From positions 1,046-65,045 of the forward strand of contig CAYFFW010000005.1 in assembly GCA_964342745.1 (NCBI GenBank): 64,000 bases of DNA. The letters run 5' to 3'. A program made the translations under genes and the position numbers. This DNA is from an uncultured Gammaproteobacteria bacterium. Lineage in GTDB: Bacteria > Pseudomonadota > Gammaproteobacteria > Magnimaribacterales > Magnimaribacteraceae. This document shows positions 20,049 to 28,817 of the stretch, piece by piece (positions within the stretch are counted from its first letter, which is position 1; the number at the start of each line of letters is the position of its first letter). Below the pieces are notes generated by a model. The model saw only the letters and a program-made list of their open reading frames with translations, had not been told where the DNA came from and ran no database searches.

Positions 20049-21017
20049 AATTTTTGTTAAAAATTTATCAATAGAATTCCAAGTTTGTTCTCTTAGTTTG
20101 TTACTCTCCATTAGAAGTTCATGTTTACCATTTATTCTCTGTATAGTTATATTCTTAATTGAGGCACAGAGCGATTCATTTTCATCTGAGTTGATCAATG
20201 AATCTTTATTTGCACTCAATAAAAGAATAGGCTTGGAAACATTTGTCCAATTTAAGAGTTTTAGTTCTTCTGTTCTTTTTATTGCTTCATTTACCCAACC
20301 CAGACTTATCCCTTTAACGCCTATCTTTGGGTGACTAGAAATAAGTTTATAAGATCTATTAAATCTATATTCGTCATCAGTTAATCCATTTTTCTCAAAA
20401 CTTTCTTTTAACCACCCTTTTTCTTCATCCCAGTTAGGTGGAAAAATAGGCAAGGGTCTTAACCAGGGAAGCAGTAAAGCAATAGATTTAGCTAGAAATC
20501 TAATCCATTTCTTAACTTTCATGGACAACATTGGCGAGCAGAGGATTAAAGCAGAATAAGGACTTTCATTTTTTATGAGGTTTGTTGCTAAAAGACAACC
20601 TCCCATAGAATGACCAAAACCAATCCACGGTTTAGGACATAATTTTTTGTAAACCTCTTCAAGTACCAACTCAATGTCTTTATCATATTCATTAAAGCTA
20701 TCTATGTGACCTAGACGTTTATTTTTTATTGTCCTATCGGATAACCCTTGTCCCCTCCAGTCCATTAAGGCAACAGCAAATCCTCTATCAATGAATTCTT
20801 GAATTACTTCATAATATTTTTCAATAAATTCTGTTCTACCAGACTGCAACAATATTGTTCCCTTAGTGGATCTTAAATTCCACATGGCTATTCTTAATTT
20901 TTTATTATCAAAACTACGATAATAAAAGCTGTAAGGATTTACTGGGTAAGTAAAATCATCAAGTTGCATTAATGGAGCTTCTTCATGTTTATTGATAAAT
21001 ATTTCCTTGTCGTTCAC
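20043..21017 (-). CDS. alpha/beta hydrolase (lysophospholipase / monoacylglycerol-lipase-like)
   Basis: MDWRGQGLS and nucleophile elbow GHSMGG. 324 aa. Confidence 0.75.
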   Translation of the reverse strand: MNDKEIFINKHEEAPLMQLDDFTYPVNPYSFYYRSFDNKKLRIAMWNLRSTKGTILLQSGRTEFIEKYYEVIQEFIDRGFAVALMDWRGQGLSDRTIKNKRLGHIDSFNEYDKDIELVLEEVYKKLCPKPWIGFGHSMGGCLLATNLIKNESPYSALILCSPMLSMKVKKWIRFLAKSIALLLPWLRPLPIFPPNWDEEKGWLKESFEKNGLTDDEYRFNRSYKLISSHPKIGVKGISLGWVNEAIKRTEELKLLNWTNVSKPILLLSANKDSLINSDENESLCASIKNITIQRINGKHELLMESNKLREQTWNSIDKFLTKIL

Positions 21018-21555
21018 AATTACATTCTATAACTTATTAATTAATTCGTTGAACAGTCAAACCTTAAAAAGCATTCTTTTCTTTTGTGCAATACTTATAT
21101 TCAGTAGATTGATTCCTCATCCACCTAATTTTACACCTTTAATCGCAGGTGCTATTTTTCTTCCTTTCTTTCTAAAAGATAAATGGGTGATTATCTGTTT
21201 GCCTATTCTATGTTTATTTATATCTGATTATTTTCTTGGTTTTCATGACGTTATGATTTGGACTTATGGCAGTTTTTTTATTATTGGATTAATAACCAAT
21301 ATTTTCTCTACAACCAAACTTAAGAATCTTATTGGATTAAGTCTTAGTTGCCCTACAGTATTTTTTCTTATAAGCAATTTTGGAGTATGGTTAGGATCAG
21401 CTAGGTATACTCAAGATTTTCAAGGTTTAATTGAGTGTTATTATTTAGCCTTACCTTTCTACTCTAGTAGCTTAGTTTCAACTATCCTGTTCTCTTCTTT
21501 ATTTTACTTTTGTCACAACTTTTTTGTTAATAGAAACTTATCTAAACAGGCTTAA
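20992..21555 (+). CDS. polytopic membrane protein of unknown function
   Basis: Five or six hydrophobic segments and the motif LIPHPPNFTPLIAGAIF. The start is uncertain: the TTG at 20992 overlaps the divergent hydrolase, and an in-frame TTG at 21049 is an alternative. Confidence 0.6.
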   Translation: MINISLSFTITFYNLLINSLNSQTLKSILFFCAILIFSRLIPHPPNFTPLIAGAIFLPFFLKDKWVIICLPILCLFISDYFLGFHDVMIWTYGSFFIIGLITNIFSTTKLKNLIGLSLSCPTVFFLISNFGVWLGSARYTQDFQGLIECYYLALPFYSSSLVSTILFSSLFYFCHNFFVNRNLSKQA

Positions 21556-21557
21556 TA

Positions 21558-22232
21558 ATGTCATCAGATCTTTATTTAGAGCAATTAAAACTGGGTCCCA
21601 TGGAAAATTTTATTTACATAGTGGGTTCTCAATCTACTCGTGAAGTGGCTTTGATAGATCCTGCTTGGGAAATTGATCTTCTTTTACAACACCTTGACAA
21701 GAATGATCTAAAACTTTCCTCTATTCTGGTTACCCATTATCACCCTGACCATATAGGAGGTGGAATGATGGGACAATCAATACCGGGCATTGCGGATATT
21801 ATGGCCAAAGAACCAGTTAAAATTTATGTTAATAAATTTGAAGCTGAAGGAGTAAAAAAAGTTACAGGAGTTTCTGACTCTGATCTTCAAATAGTTGATT
21901 CAGGTGACCACCTGAAAATAGGAGAAAATGACATAGAATTTCTTCACACTCCTGGTCATACCCCAGGTTCTCAATGTTTTAATGTGAATAAGAACTTGGT
22001 TTCTGGTGATACACTTTTTATTAACGGATGCGGTCGAGTTGATTTACCAGGGTCAAATCCAATTCAGATGTACCATAGTTTACAACATCTATGTTCCTTA
22101 CCAGATGACACTATTCTGTATCCTGGACATCACTATAGCGAAGAGAAGTCTGCAAGTTTAGCTGACACAAAAAGCCAAAACGTTTATTTAAATATTTCCG
22201 ATCTAGATGCTTGGCGACAAATCATGGGGTGA
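21558..22232 (+). CDS. MBL-fold metallo-hydrolase (glyoxalase II-like)
   Basis: HYHPDHIGG (the HxHxDH motif), plus downstream HTPGHTPG and a D/H ligand pattern. Confidence 0.8.
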   Translation: MSSDLYLEQLKLGPMENFIYIVGSQSTREVALIDPAWEIDLLLQHLDKNDLKLSSILVTHYHPDHIGGGMMGQSIPGIADIMAKEPVKIYVNKFEAEGVKKVTGVSDSDLQIVDSGDHLKIGENDIEFLHTPGHTPGSQCFNVNKNLVSGDTLFINGCGRVDLPGSNPIQMYHSLQHLCSLPDDTILYPGHHYSEEKSASLADTKSQNVYLNISDLDAWRQIMG

Positions 22233-22236
22233 AGTT

Positions 22237-23037
22237 ATGCAATACGAGCAAATTATTTATGAAACTAAAGGTAATGTGGCATTAATAACTTTAAATAGAC
22301 CTGATAAGTTAAATGCCTGGACTCCTAAGATGTGTGAGGAACAGGCTCATGCAATTGAAGCTGCAAATAAAAACAAGTCAATAGGTGCAATAATAATGAC
22401 TGGAGCTGGAAGAGGGTTTTGTGCTGGTGCAGATATTGGAGATACCTTTCAAACTAGGTTAGATGGAGAAGACCCAGGAAATGATACTGCAGGAGGTTCT
22501 GGAGGCATGCCTGCTGGAGTAGATTGGATTAGCCTAGTAAGAGAGTCTAAACCCATAATAGCAGCAGTTAATGGAGCTGCGGTAGGCATTGGCGTTACCA
22601 TGATCCTTCCATTCGATATGATTATATGCTCTGAAAAGTCTAAGTTTGGATTTGTTTTTGTAAAAATGGGAATTGTTCCTGAACTAGCTTCAACCCATTT
22701 TTTAGTTAGTCGTGTAGGATGGGGTAGAGCCAATGAGATGATGTTGTCCGGAAGTTTATATTCTGGTAAAGAAGCATTTGATTATGGTTTAACAGAACAC
22801 TTAGTTAATGAAGATGAACTTTTAAATAAATCTTTTGAAATCGCTGAACTTTTTTCTAAAAATCCTGATGCGCAATTAAGGATGACCAAAAAGCTCTTAA
22901 CAGAAAATGCAGTCACAACAGATATAAAAGCAGCTGAGGAACTTGAAACTAAGCTACTACAAGAGTGCTGGGAGAGAGAAGAGCACGCAGAGGCAGTCAG
23001 TGCTTTCCTTGAAAAAAGAGAGCCTAAATTTAAATAA
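22237..23037 (+). CDS. enoyl-CoA hydratase/isomerase family protein
   Basis: Crotonase fold motifs LNRPDKLNAW and GAGRGFCAGADI. The ATG at 22237 is preferred to the upstream start, which overlaps the MBL gene. Confidence 0.85.
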   Translation: MQYEQIIYETKGNVALITLNRPDKLNAWTPKMCEEQAHAIEAANKNKSIGAIIMTGAGRGFCAGADIGDTFQTRLDGEDPGNDTAGGSGGMPAGVDWISLVRESKPIIAAVNGAAVGIGVTMILPFDMIICSEKSKFGFVFVKMGIVPELASTHFLVSRVGWGRANEMMLSGSLYSGKEAFDYGLTEHLVNEDELLNKSFEIAELFSKNPDAQLRMTKKLLTENAVTTDIKAAEELETKLLQECWEREEHAEAVSAFLEKREPKFK

Positions 23038-23085
23038 AAAAAGAGAAAAAAAGGTTAAAAAAAAGGTTAAAAAAAATTAAAAAAA
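23036..23085. repeat. array of five phased A-tracts
   Basis: A7-8 runs start at 23036, 23046, 23057, 23069 and 23079, giving spacings of 10, 11, 12 and 10 bp. GGTT separators occur twice. Confidence 0.8.
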
Positions 23086-23089
23086 GGGG

Positions 23090-23117
23090 TTGTATTTTTT
23101 TTCTTTAGGAGTAATAT
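23090..23117 (+). promoter_or_regulatory. sigma70-like promoter candidate downstream of the A-tract array
   Basis: TTGTAT (23090-23095), 16-nt spacer, TAATAT (23112-23117). The A-tracts sit where an UP element would be. Confidence 0.35.
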
Positions 23118-23123
23118 TACTGG

Positions 23124-23337
23124 ACCAATTTAACCGACCTAGAAACAACTCGAGACGTTAAAAGGAGAGAAAAATTGGTTAGAGAAAGAAAGGAGAAAGC
23201 TCTAAAAGCAAAGCTAGCAAAAAAAGCTTTTAGACCACCAAGATAAAAAAGAGAAATTTATCGAGGAGCTAAACCAGAATCTCAAGTTTAGACACTTTCT
23301 TACTCGAACTAAACAGAGCCTTGGCTCTGTTTTTTTA
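23124..23337 (+). ncRNA. candidate small RNA (unclassified)
   Basis: Bounded by the promoter candidate and a strong intrinsic terminator. No ATG or GTG on either strand. A/G-rich with GGA motifs at 23122, 23163, 23191 and 23265. Hairpin TTAGAG(23178-83)/CTCTAA(23199-204) presents AAGGAG in its loop. The 5' end is estimated. Confidence 0.3.
23311..23337 (+). terminator. intrinsic terminator
   Basis: AAACAGAGCC-TT-GGCTCTGTTT followed by a T-run. It has no protein-coding gene upstream of it. Confidence 0.75.
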
Positions 23338-23343
23338 TGCCTG

Positions 23344-23372
23344 TTATTTAATCAACTAAAGACTGTTAAAAT
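23344..23372 (+). promoter_or_regulatory. extended -10 promoter candidate for tRNA-Ala/aroK
   Basis: TTATTT (23344-49), 17-nt spacer ending in TGT, then TAAAAT (23367-72), which is 15 nt before the tRNA 5' end. Confidence 0.4.
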
Positions 23373-23386
23373 AGTTCCTTTAGAAT

Positions 23387-23462
23387 GGGGCTATAGCTCA
23401 GCTGGGAGAGCACTTGCGTGGCACGCAAGAGGTCGTCGGTTCGATCCCGACTAGCTCCACCA
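23387..23462 (+). tRNA. tRNA-Ala (anticodon GGC)
   Basis: Acceptor GGGGCTA/TAGCTCC with the G3:U70 Ala identity pair. Anticodon stem CTTGC/GCAAG with loop GTGGCAC, T-loop GGTTCGATCCC, encoded CCA. Confidence 0.9.
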
Positions 23463-23489
23463 CTAGCTAAAGTTATAGAAAAAGTAATA

Positions 23490-24017
23490 ATGAAAAATTC
23501 AATATCTTTAATTGGTATGGCGGGGGCCGGTAAATCATCTATAGGAGAACGGCTGTCTAAGCACTTAAAACTTAACTTTGTAGATAGTGATTCACTTATC
23601 GAAGAAAAATTTGGTAAATCTTTACAAGATATTTTAAATAATAATGGAAATGAAAAATTTAATGAAATTGAAGAAGGTGTTTTACTCTCAGTTAAATTTA
23701 AAAAAATTGTTTTAGCAACTGGAGGAAGTGCTGTCTTTTGTAAAAAAGCCATGGAGTACATTAAAGAAAATTCTACAGTTATATACCTTGAAGTTCCTTT
23801 TGATGATATATCAACCCGCATATCAGATTTTTCTGAAAGAGGTTTAATTAAAAGATCAGATCAAACTATTAAAGAGGCTTACAAAGACAGAGAAGGGCTG
23901 TATCAGAAATATGCAGATTATATTGTTAAAAACAACGGAATAATTGATTCCTGTCTAAATAAAATTATTAATTTAATTAAAGACTTAAGCAGAAATAATA
24001 ATGGCTTACGCACATAG
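23490..24017 (+). CDS. aroK: shikimate kinase
   Basis: P-loop GMAGAGKSSIG, then DSDSLIEEKFGKS and LATGGSAV. The ATG at 23490 is preferred because the ORF-track start at 23418 lies inside tRNA-Ala. Confidence 0.85.
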   Translation: MKNSISLIGMAGAGKSSIGERLSKHLKLNFVDSDSLIEEKFGKSLQDILNNNGNEKFNEIEEGVLLSVKFKKIVLATGGSAVFCKKAMEYIKENSTVIYLEVPFDDISTRISDFSERGLIKRSDQTIKEAYKDREGLYQKYADYIVKNNGIIDSCLNKIINLIKDLSRNNNGLRT

Positions 24018-25167
24018 AGATGACATTCATGATGCGGATACGCACATGATGGAGAAACCCGATTGGGTTTCACATTTTGCTGATTCAGATATCAAAGATT
24101 CTTTAGAACCTTTTGTTGGTGGCAAAAAAGAGGTTCTAAAAGAAATAGACGAAGCTATTTCAAGATTTAAAGAACGTAAATCTTCACCAGAAAAAGCTAA
24201 ACAGGCTAGTGAAAAATTTATGTCTATGAAATATAAAGGTTGGAAAGGTTTAGGAGCTTTTGACTCTCAAGAAAGAAGGTTGGCTAATGACCTTCTGGGG
24301 TTTCAGGCATACATACTCTTTCCCACTAGTGCTTTTAATCAGGTTATAGCTGCTAAAGAGGAAAAAGTGTTGATAGGAGGTATACAGGCTTTAAACAGAG
24401 GGCTAGCTACGTTTTCTGAAGAAGACAAGAGAATGTTTCCAACAGCCTATATTCCATTAGGCCTCGGACCTGATCTCTCAATAAAGTTTTTAAATGAAGC
24501 TATTAATATGGATTTTTCTTTGATCTTAATAGATACAGTAGCTCCCATCAGCCAAATCTCCTTCACTCATCCAGATTATTATAAATTTTGGTCGAAGGTA
24601 GAAGAGGCAGATATAGCAGTTACTTTGCATGTTGGCGCAGATGGAGGTTATAGCCCAGTACCCAAATCTTTTTATAATAATATGAAGGCTGTACCTACTC
24701 ATGTAGAAGGGGATGCACCAAATGATGCTCTAGCGTATATGGCCATTCAATATAATGCCGAGCTTTTTTTATCAGCTATGATTTTTGATGGAATCTTAGA
24801 AAGGTTCCCCAAACTTAGAATAGGAGTAGTGGAGTTGGGCGCTAGCTGGATTATTTCTTGGATGAAGCACCTTGACCAATCTTTTAAAGCTTTTAGAAAA
24901 TTTCAGGATCTATCAAAGTTAAAACTTCTTCCTTCTGAATATGTTCAAAGACAAATAAAAGTAACTCCTTTCGCTGGTGAAGACATAAGTTGGATTATTA
25001 ACAGTGGAGGCGAGAATCTTCTTATGTTCGCTTCTGATTATCCTCACCATGAAGGCACTGACGATCCCATAGGGAGATTTGAAAAAACTATGGGGAAACT
25101 AAGCAAAGAGTCAAAAAATAAGTTTTATTCTCAAAACTTTAAAGATTTTTTAAGTAGCCACCTGTAA
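24001..25167 (+). CDS. amidohydrolase-2 (TIM-barrel metal hydrolase/decarboxylase) family protein
   Basis: N-terminal DADTH metal motif and C-terminal FASDYPHHEG. Confidence 0.75.
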   Translation: MAYAHRDDIHDADTHMMEKPDWVSHFADSDIKDSLEPFVGGKKEVLKEIDEAISRFKERKSSPEKAKQASEKFMSMKYKGWKGLGAFDSQERRLANDLLGFQAYILFPTSAFNQVIAAKEEKVLIGGIQALNRGLATFSEEDKRMFPTAYIPLGLGPDLSIKFLNEAINMDFSLILIDTVAPISQISFTHPDYYKFWSKVEEADIAVTLHVGADGGYSPVPKSFYNNMKAVPTHVEGDAPNDALAYMAIQYNAELFLSAMIFDGILERFPKLRIGVVELGASWIISWMKHLDQSFKAFRKFQDLSKLKLLPSEYVQRQIKVTPFAGEDISWIINSGGENLLMFASDYPHHEGTDDPIGRFEKTMGKLSKESKNKFYSQNFKDFLSSHL

Positions 25168-25185
25168 TTTTAAGAAATTGAAATT

Positions 25186-25377
25186 ATGATATTTTATTTT
25201 TTATTAATTCTTGTAGTTATATGGGAAGCTTACTGGACCTTCAGGGCTTGTTGGCTTGCTTCTAAGAACAACCATAAATGGTTATTCTTATTCTTTCTTC
25301 TATTTAATCTATTGGGAATACCAGAGATTATTTATGTTTATAAACAAAAAAAGAAGAAGACTACGCCTATAAATTAA
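25186..25377 (+). CDS. small two-TM membrane protein
   Basis: 63 aa with two hydrophobic helices and a basic tail KQKKKKT. No family was recognised with certainty. Confidence 0.4.
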   Translation: MIFYFLLILVVIWEAYWTFRACWLASKNNHKWLFLFFLLFNLLGIPEIIYVYKQKKKKTTPIN

Positions 25378-25985
25378 ACAGAAGCACTAGGCCTTTCGTT
25401 AACTCTCTCGAACCAAGAGCTAATGTTTTTAAGTTCAGGGTTAAAATCTTGTCCTACTGTTTTACCAAAGTTGAGAAAACAAAATAAGACTATGTCAGCC
25501 TGAGTAAATCTTTCACCACAGATAAACTGTTTATCTTCCATTTGCTTATTTAACAAAGATAAATTTTCTTTAACTTGTTCCTTTAAGTTATCTGCAGATT
25601 CAGGGAATGTCCTGAGTCTATCTTTAAAGAATTCATGACCTTCCGCTCCCCTGAATGCAGTGGTCATAGCTTCACAGACATTTAAGCTTATTCTTCTTGT
25701 CCACATTCTAGAAATAGCACGCTCTTCCGGGTTGGAACCAATTAAACTGGTTCCTCCTTTAAGGTCATCTAGATATTCACATATAGCTGTAATTTCTGCT
25801 AAAAAAGTTCCGTCTGCTAGTTCTAGTGTAGGTAACTGTCCCATCGGGTTTCTATTCAGGTGACCTTCTTGTCGATTTTCTCCTGACATAATATCAACCT
25901 TTATAGTTTCTATTTCCATACCTAGTTCAGCTAAAAACATTCTGACAACTTGAGGGTTTGGTCCAAGACCATCGTAAAGTTTCAT
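25374..25985 (-). CDS. glutathione S-transferase family protein
   Basis: 203 aa. N-terminal thioredoxin-like half (GQLPTLELADGTFLAEITAICEYL) and a helical C-terminal half. Confidence 0.8.
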   Translation of the reverse strand: MKLYDGLGPNPQVVRMFLAELGMEIETIKVDIMSGENRQEGHLNRNPMGQLPTLELADGTFLAEITAICEYLDDLKGGTSLIGSNPEERAISRMWTRRISLNVCEAMTTAFRGAEGHEFFKDRLRTFPESADNLKEQVKENLSLLNKQMEDKQFICGERFTQADIVLFCFLNFGKTVGQDFNPELKNISSWFERVNERPSASV

Positions 25986-26073
25986 ATTTAATCCTTATAT
26001 ACTTTAGTAAAAGTTTGTTTCTATACTAATTTTAAATTATCTTTATTCTTTAAAGTAATTTTTTAGGAAGAGA

Positions 26074-27081
26074 ATGGTTGAAATTAATATAGGAAGTGAG
26101 GAATGGTTGAGCCAAGTTCAAGAAGAAATAGTTGAGCCAGATATACCAATAATTGACCCTCATCATCATTTGTGGAATGACAGAGGTAGCACATATTTAG
26201 TAGAACAACTACAAAATGACACTAGCTCTGGGCATCAAGTTCTTAAGACTGTATATATGGAATGTGGGTGGGCCTATAGAGAAGGAGGGCCAAAACATTT
26301 AAAAGTAGTTGGAGAAACTGAAGCAGTTTTTGAGCAAGCACAAAAGAGCAAGGAAACTGGAGGTGCAGTTATATCAGCAATAGTTTCTAGAGCAGATTTA
26401 AGACTTGGGGATGAAATAGTAGAAGTATTGGAAGCCCATGAAGAAGCTTCTAGGGGATTATTTAGAGGCATCAGGCATGCAGGAGCAAGGGCTGAGTACC
26501 CTGAAGTCTTGACTATACCTGGAGGTGCTCCTAAGGGGTTATTTCAAGATGAAGATTTCCTTAAAGGTATGAGGGCGTTAGGAAGAAACGACTATACATA
26601 TGATACTTGGCATTATCATTATCAGAATGGCGAGTTTGCCGAAATGGTAAAAAAGGTACCAGATACAAAAATAGTTTTAGATCATTTTGGTACCCCTCTT
26701 GGTGTTGGACCTTACGCAGATAAGAGAGAAGAGATATTTCAACAATGGAAGTTAGATATTAACGAAATTTCAAAAAGTGAGAATGTTTTTATGAAAATCG
26801 GGGGTATGGCTATGCCTGATAATGGGTTTGGCTGGAATAACAGAGATAAACCTGCAACCTCGGATGAATTTGTTGAAGCTCAAAGACGATATTACTTACA
26901 TGCTATAGACTGTTTTGGTCCTGAAAGATGTATGATGGAAAGTAATTTCCCAGTTGACAGAATGTCCTTGTCTTACCACGTTCTATACAACGGATTGAAG
27001 AAGATAGTTGCTGATTTTTCTTATGATGAAAAAGTCCAAATGTTTTATAAAACTGCTGAAAATATTTATAAGGTAGACTGA
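26074..27081 (+). CDS. amidohydrolase-2 family protein
   Basis: IIDPHHHLW, VLDHFG and ESNFPVD motifs. Confidence 0.8.
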   Translation: MVEINIGSEEWLSQVQEEIVEPDIPIIDPHHHLWNDRGSTYLVEQLQNDTSSGHQVLKTVYMECGWAYREGGPKHLKVVGETEAVFEQAQKSKETGGAVISAIVSRADLRLGDEIVEVLEAHEEASRGLFRGIRHAGARAEYPEVLTIPGGAPKGLFQDEDFLKGMRALGRNDYTYDTWHYHYQNGEFAEMVKKVPDTKIVLDHFGTPLGVGPYADKREEIFQQWKLDINEISKSENVFMKIGGMAMPDNGFGWNNRDKPATSDEFVEAQRRYYLHAIDCFGPERCMMESNFPVDRMSLSYHVLYNGLKKIVADFSYDEKVQMFYKTAENIYKVD

Positions 27082-27086
27082 TAACT

Positions 27087-27974
27087 ATGAATTCTGAACT
27101 ACAACCAATGGACTATCCTCCTTTAACGGAGGATTTAGAAGAAGCAAAAAAACACTTAGATGAGTTTGGTGTTTGCATTATTAAGAATGCTTTTTCTGCT
27201 GAGGAAATTGAAATAATAGATAAAAGATTGAAAGAACAATTTTCTGGAGAAGAGAAGAGCAAAGTAGGTTCAAAGATTAGAGGAGATGAAGGTTTTGGAG
27301 TAAAAAGTTCTGAAGATGAGAAAGTAAGTAGATTAGTTTGGAATTTATTCAATAAAGGTGATTGTTTTATACCTTTAATTAATCACCCAAAAATTTATCC
27401 TTTAATTGAACACATTATTGGAGAAAAAGTTCTTTTGTGTTCTATGGGGGCTCATATGAATGGTAGTGGAAATGAAAGGATGCCTTTGCATCAAGACCAA
27501 TGGCCTTTAATTCCTCATCCGCTTGAGTTTCCTGTTATGGCAAATTCCATGGTATTAGTAACAGATAATTCTCCAGAAAATGGTGGTACACGCCTTATAC
27601 CAGGATCTCATAAATGGCCAAAAATAGAATATGGAATTGCAAATTCTTCTAAATACCAAGAAATGGCTAAGTCAGTTTCTGCCCCAAAGGGTTCAGCAAT
27701 AGTTTGGGAAGGCAGGGTATGGCATGGCAATGGATTAAATCGTTCAGGAGAGATCAGAAGTAATATCTCTACTGCTTATTTTCAATCTTGGATTAGGCCA
27801 CAAGAAAATTCTCAATACAGTGTAAGGAAAGAAGTGTTAAAAAAATTGAGTGATAAGCAAAAGGAAATATTAGGGTTTGTCCCTTTTGGAAGCTTAGGCG
27901 GTCATGATGGATCGAGTGTTTCTCCAGCAGAATTTGATAGGGATAAAGAATCTATTGGAATTCTAAAAGGATAA
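27087..27974 (+). CDS. phytanoyl-CoA dioxygenase (PhyH) family Fe(II)/2-oxoglutarate oxygenase
   Basis: LHQDQWP, GGTRLIPGSHKW and WHGNGLN match the PhyH-family HxD...H pattern. Confidence 0.8.
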   Translation: MNSELQPMDYPPLTEDLEEAKKHLDEFGVCIIKNAFSAEEIEIIDKRLKEQFSGEEKSKVGSKIRGDEGFGVKSSEDEKVSRLVWNLFNKGDCFIPLINHPKIYPLIEHIIGEKVLLCSMGAHMNGSGNERMPLHQDQWPLIPHPLEFPVMANSMVLVTDNSPENGGTRLIPGSHKWPKIEYGIANSSKYQEMAKSVSAPKGSAIVWEGRVWHGNGLNRSGEIRSNISTAYFQSWIRPQENSQYSVRKEVLKKLSDKQKEILGFVPFGSLGGHDGSSVSPAEFDRDKESIGILKG

Positions 27975-28004
27975 AAGTTTATTTAAATTAATAAGGGAGT
28001 AGGG

Positions 28005-28817
28005 ATGTCATCTAGACTAAAAGGGAAAGTAGCTTTAATAACAGGTGGAACTAGCGGTATAGGAGCAGATACAGCCAGATTATTCTCAGAGGAAGGCGCT
28101 AAAGTAGTTATAACTGGTAGGTCTGAAAAAAAAGGGGAAAACCTAGCCGAAGCATTAGGGAAGAACGTAGCTTACAAGAAAGCTGACGTTACAAATGAAG
28201 AAGATATTTCTGGATCGATTGACTTTACTGTTAGTTCTTACGGTCAAATAGATATTCTATTTAACAATGCTGGTTATGGTACTGCTGATAATGTAGCTGA
28301 AATTACTAAAGAACAAATTCAATACGGTCTTGGTTTATTAACAAGTGTTATTTTAGGGATTAAATATGCCATTGAACCAATGAAGGCTATAGGGGGTGGT
28401 TGCATAATTAATAACTCCAGTGTGGCTGCTCATGTTTATGGACAAGGCTCACCTCTTTACTCTTCTTTGAAATCTGCAGTATCCCATTACACTAGAATGG
28501 CTGGCGTTAGCTTAGGACCATATAATATTAGAGTAAATGCTATCTCGCCTGGAGCTATAGCAACACCAATCTTTTGGGGTGGTTCTGCTAGAGCCAATAC
28601 TCTTTCAGATGAAGAAAATGAAAAAAAGATGGAAAAACTTAAAGGAAACTTAGCTAAAGCTGTACCCTTAGGAAAAACAGGACTCGCTGAAGACATTTCT
28701 GAAGCCGCACTTTATCTGGCTAGTGATGCAGGTAAATTTGTAACTTGCCACGATCTAGTTGTTGACGGTGGTAGATCCGTTGCTTACAACGAACCCCAAC
28801 AAAAAGATACTTCATGA
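28005..28817 (+). CDS. short-chain dehydrogenase/reductase
   Basis: TGGTSGIG, NNAG and the YSSLK catalytic motif. Confidence 0.88.
   Translation: MSSRLKGKVALITGGTSGIGADTARLFSEEGAKVVITGRSEKKGENLAEALGKNVAYKKADVTNEEDISGSIDFTVSSYGQIDILFNNAGYGTADNVAEITKEQIQYGLGLLTSVILGIKYAIEPMKAIGGGCIINNSSVAAHVYGQGSPLYSSLKSAVSHYTRMAGVSLGPYNIRVNAISPGAIATPIFWGGSARANTLSDEENEKKMEKLKGNLAKAVPLGKTGLAEDISEAALYLASDAGKFVTCHDLVVDGGRSVAYNEPQQKDTS

Noticed and set aside
23036-23085. Repeated GGTTAAAAAAAA units considered as a CRISPR array or minisatellite.
   Set aside because: There are only two to three very short, A-dominated units and no spacers. They are better explained as phased A-tracts.
23174-23233. 19-codon TTG ORF (MVRERKEKALKAKLAKKSF) behind a good AAGGAGAG Shine-Dalgarno sequence inside the candidate sRNA.
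   Set aside because: It is too short and low-complexity to call as a gene, and it uses a non-ATG start. It is kept only as an alternative explanation in the sRNA finding. An A8 run at 23219-23225 could allow slippage, but that would extend the peptide by only a few residues.
23366-23821. 151-aa minus-strand ORF, and the 5' extension (23418-23489) of the aroK ORF.
   Set aside because: Both overlap the tRNA-Ala gene. The aroK P-loop begins a few residues after the internal ATG at 23490, which is the sensible start.
26051-26058. The octamer TAAAGTAA as a stand-alone regulatory motif. It occurs upstream of genes at 9498, 26051, 40086, 60257, 63386 and 63438.
   Set aside because: It also occurs inside coding regions, for example in ppiD, the carboxylase, the cytochrome c gene and the AraC gene. 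My rough composition-based estimate is that several copies should occur by chance in 64 kb of this AT-rich DNA. Only the longer multi-block similarities are reported.
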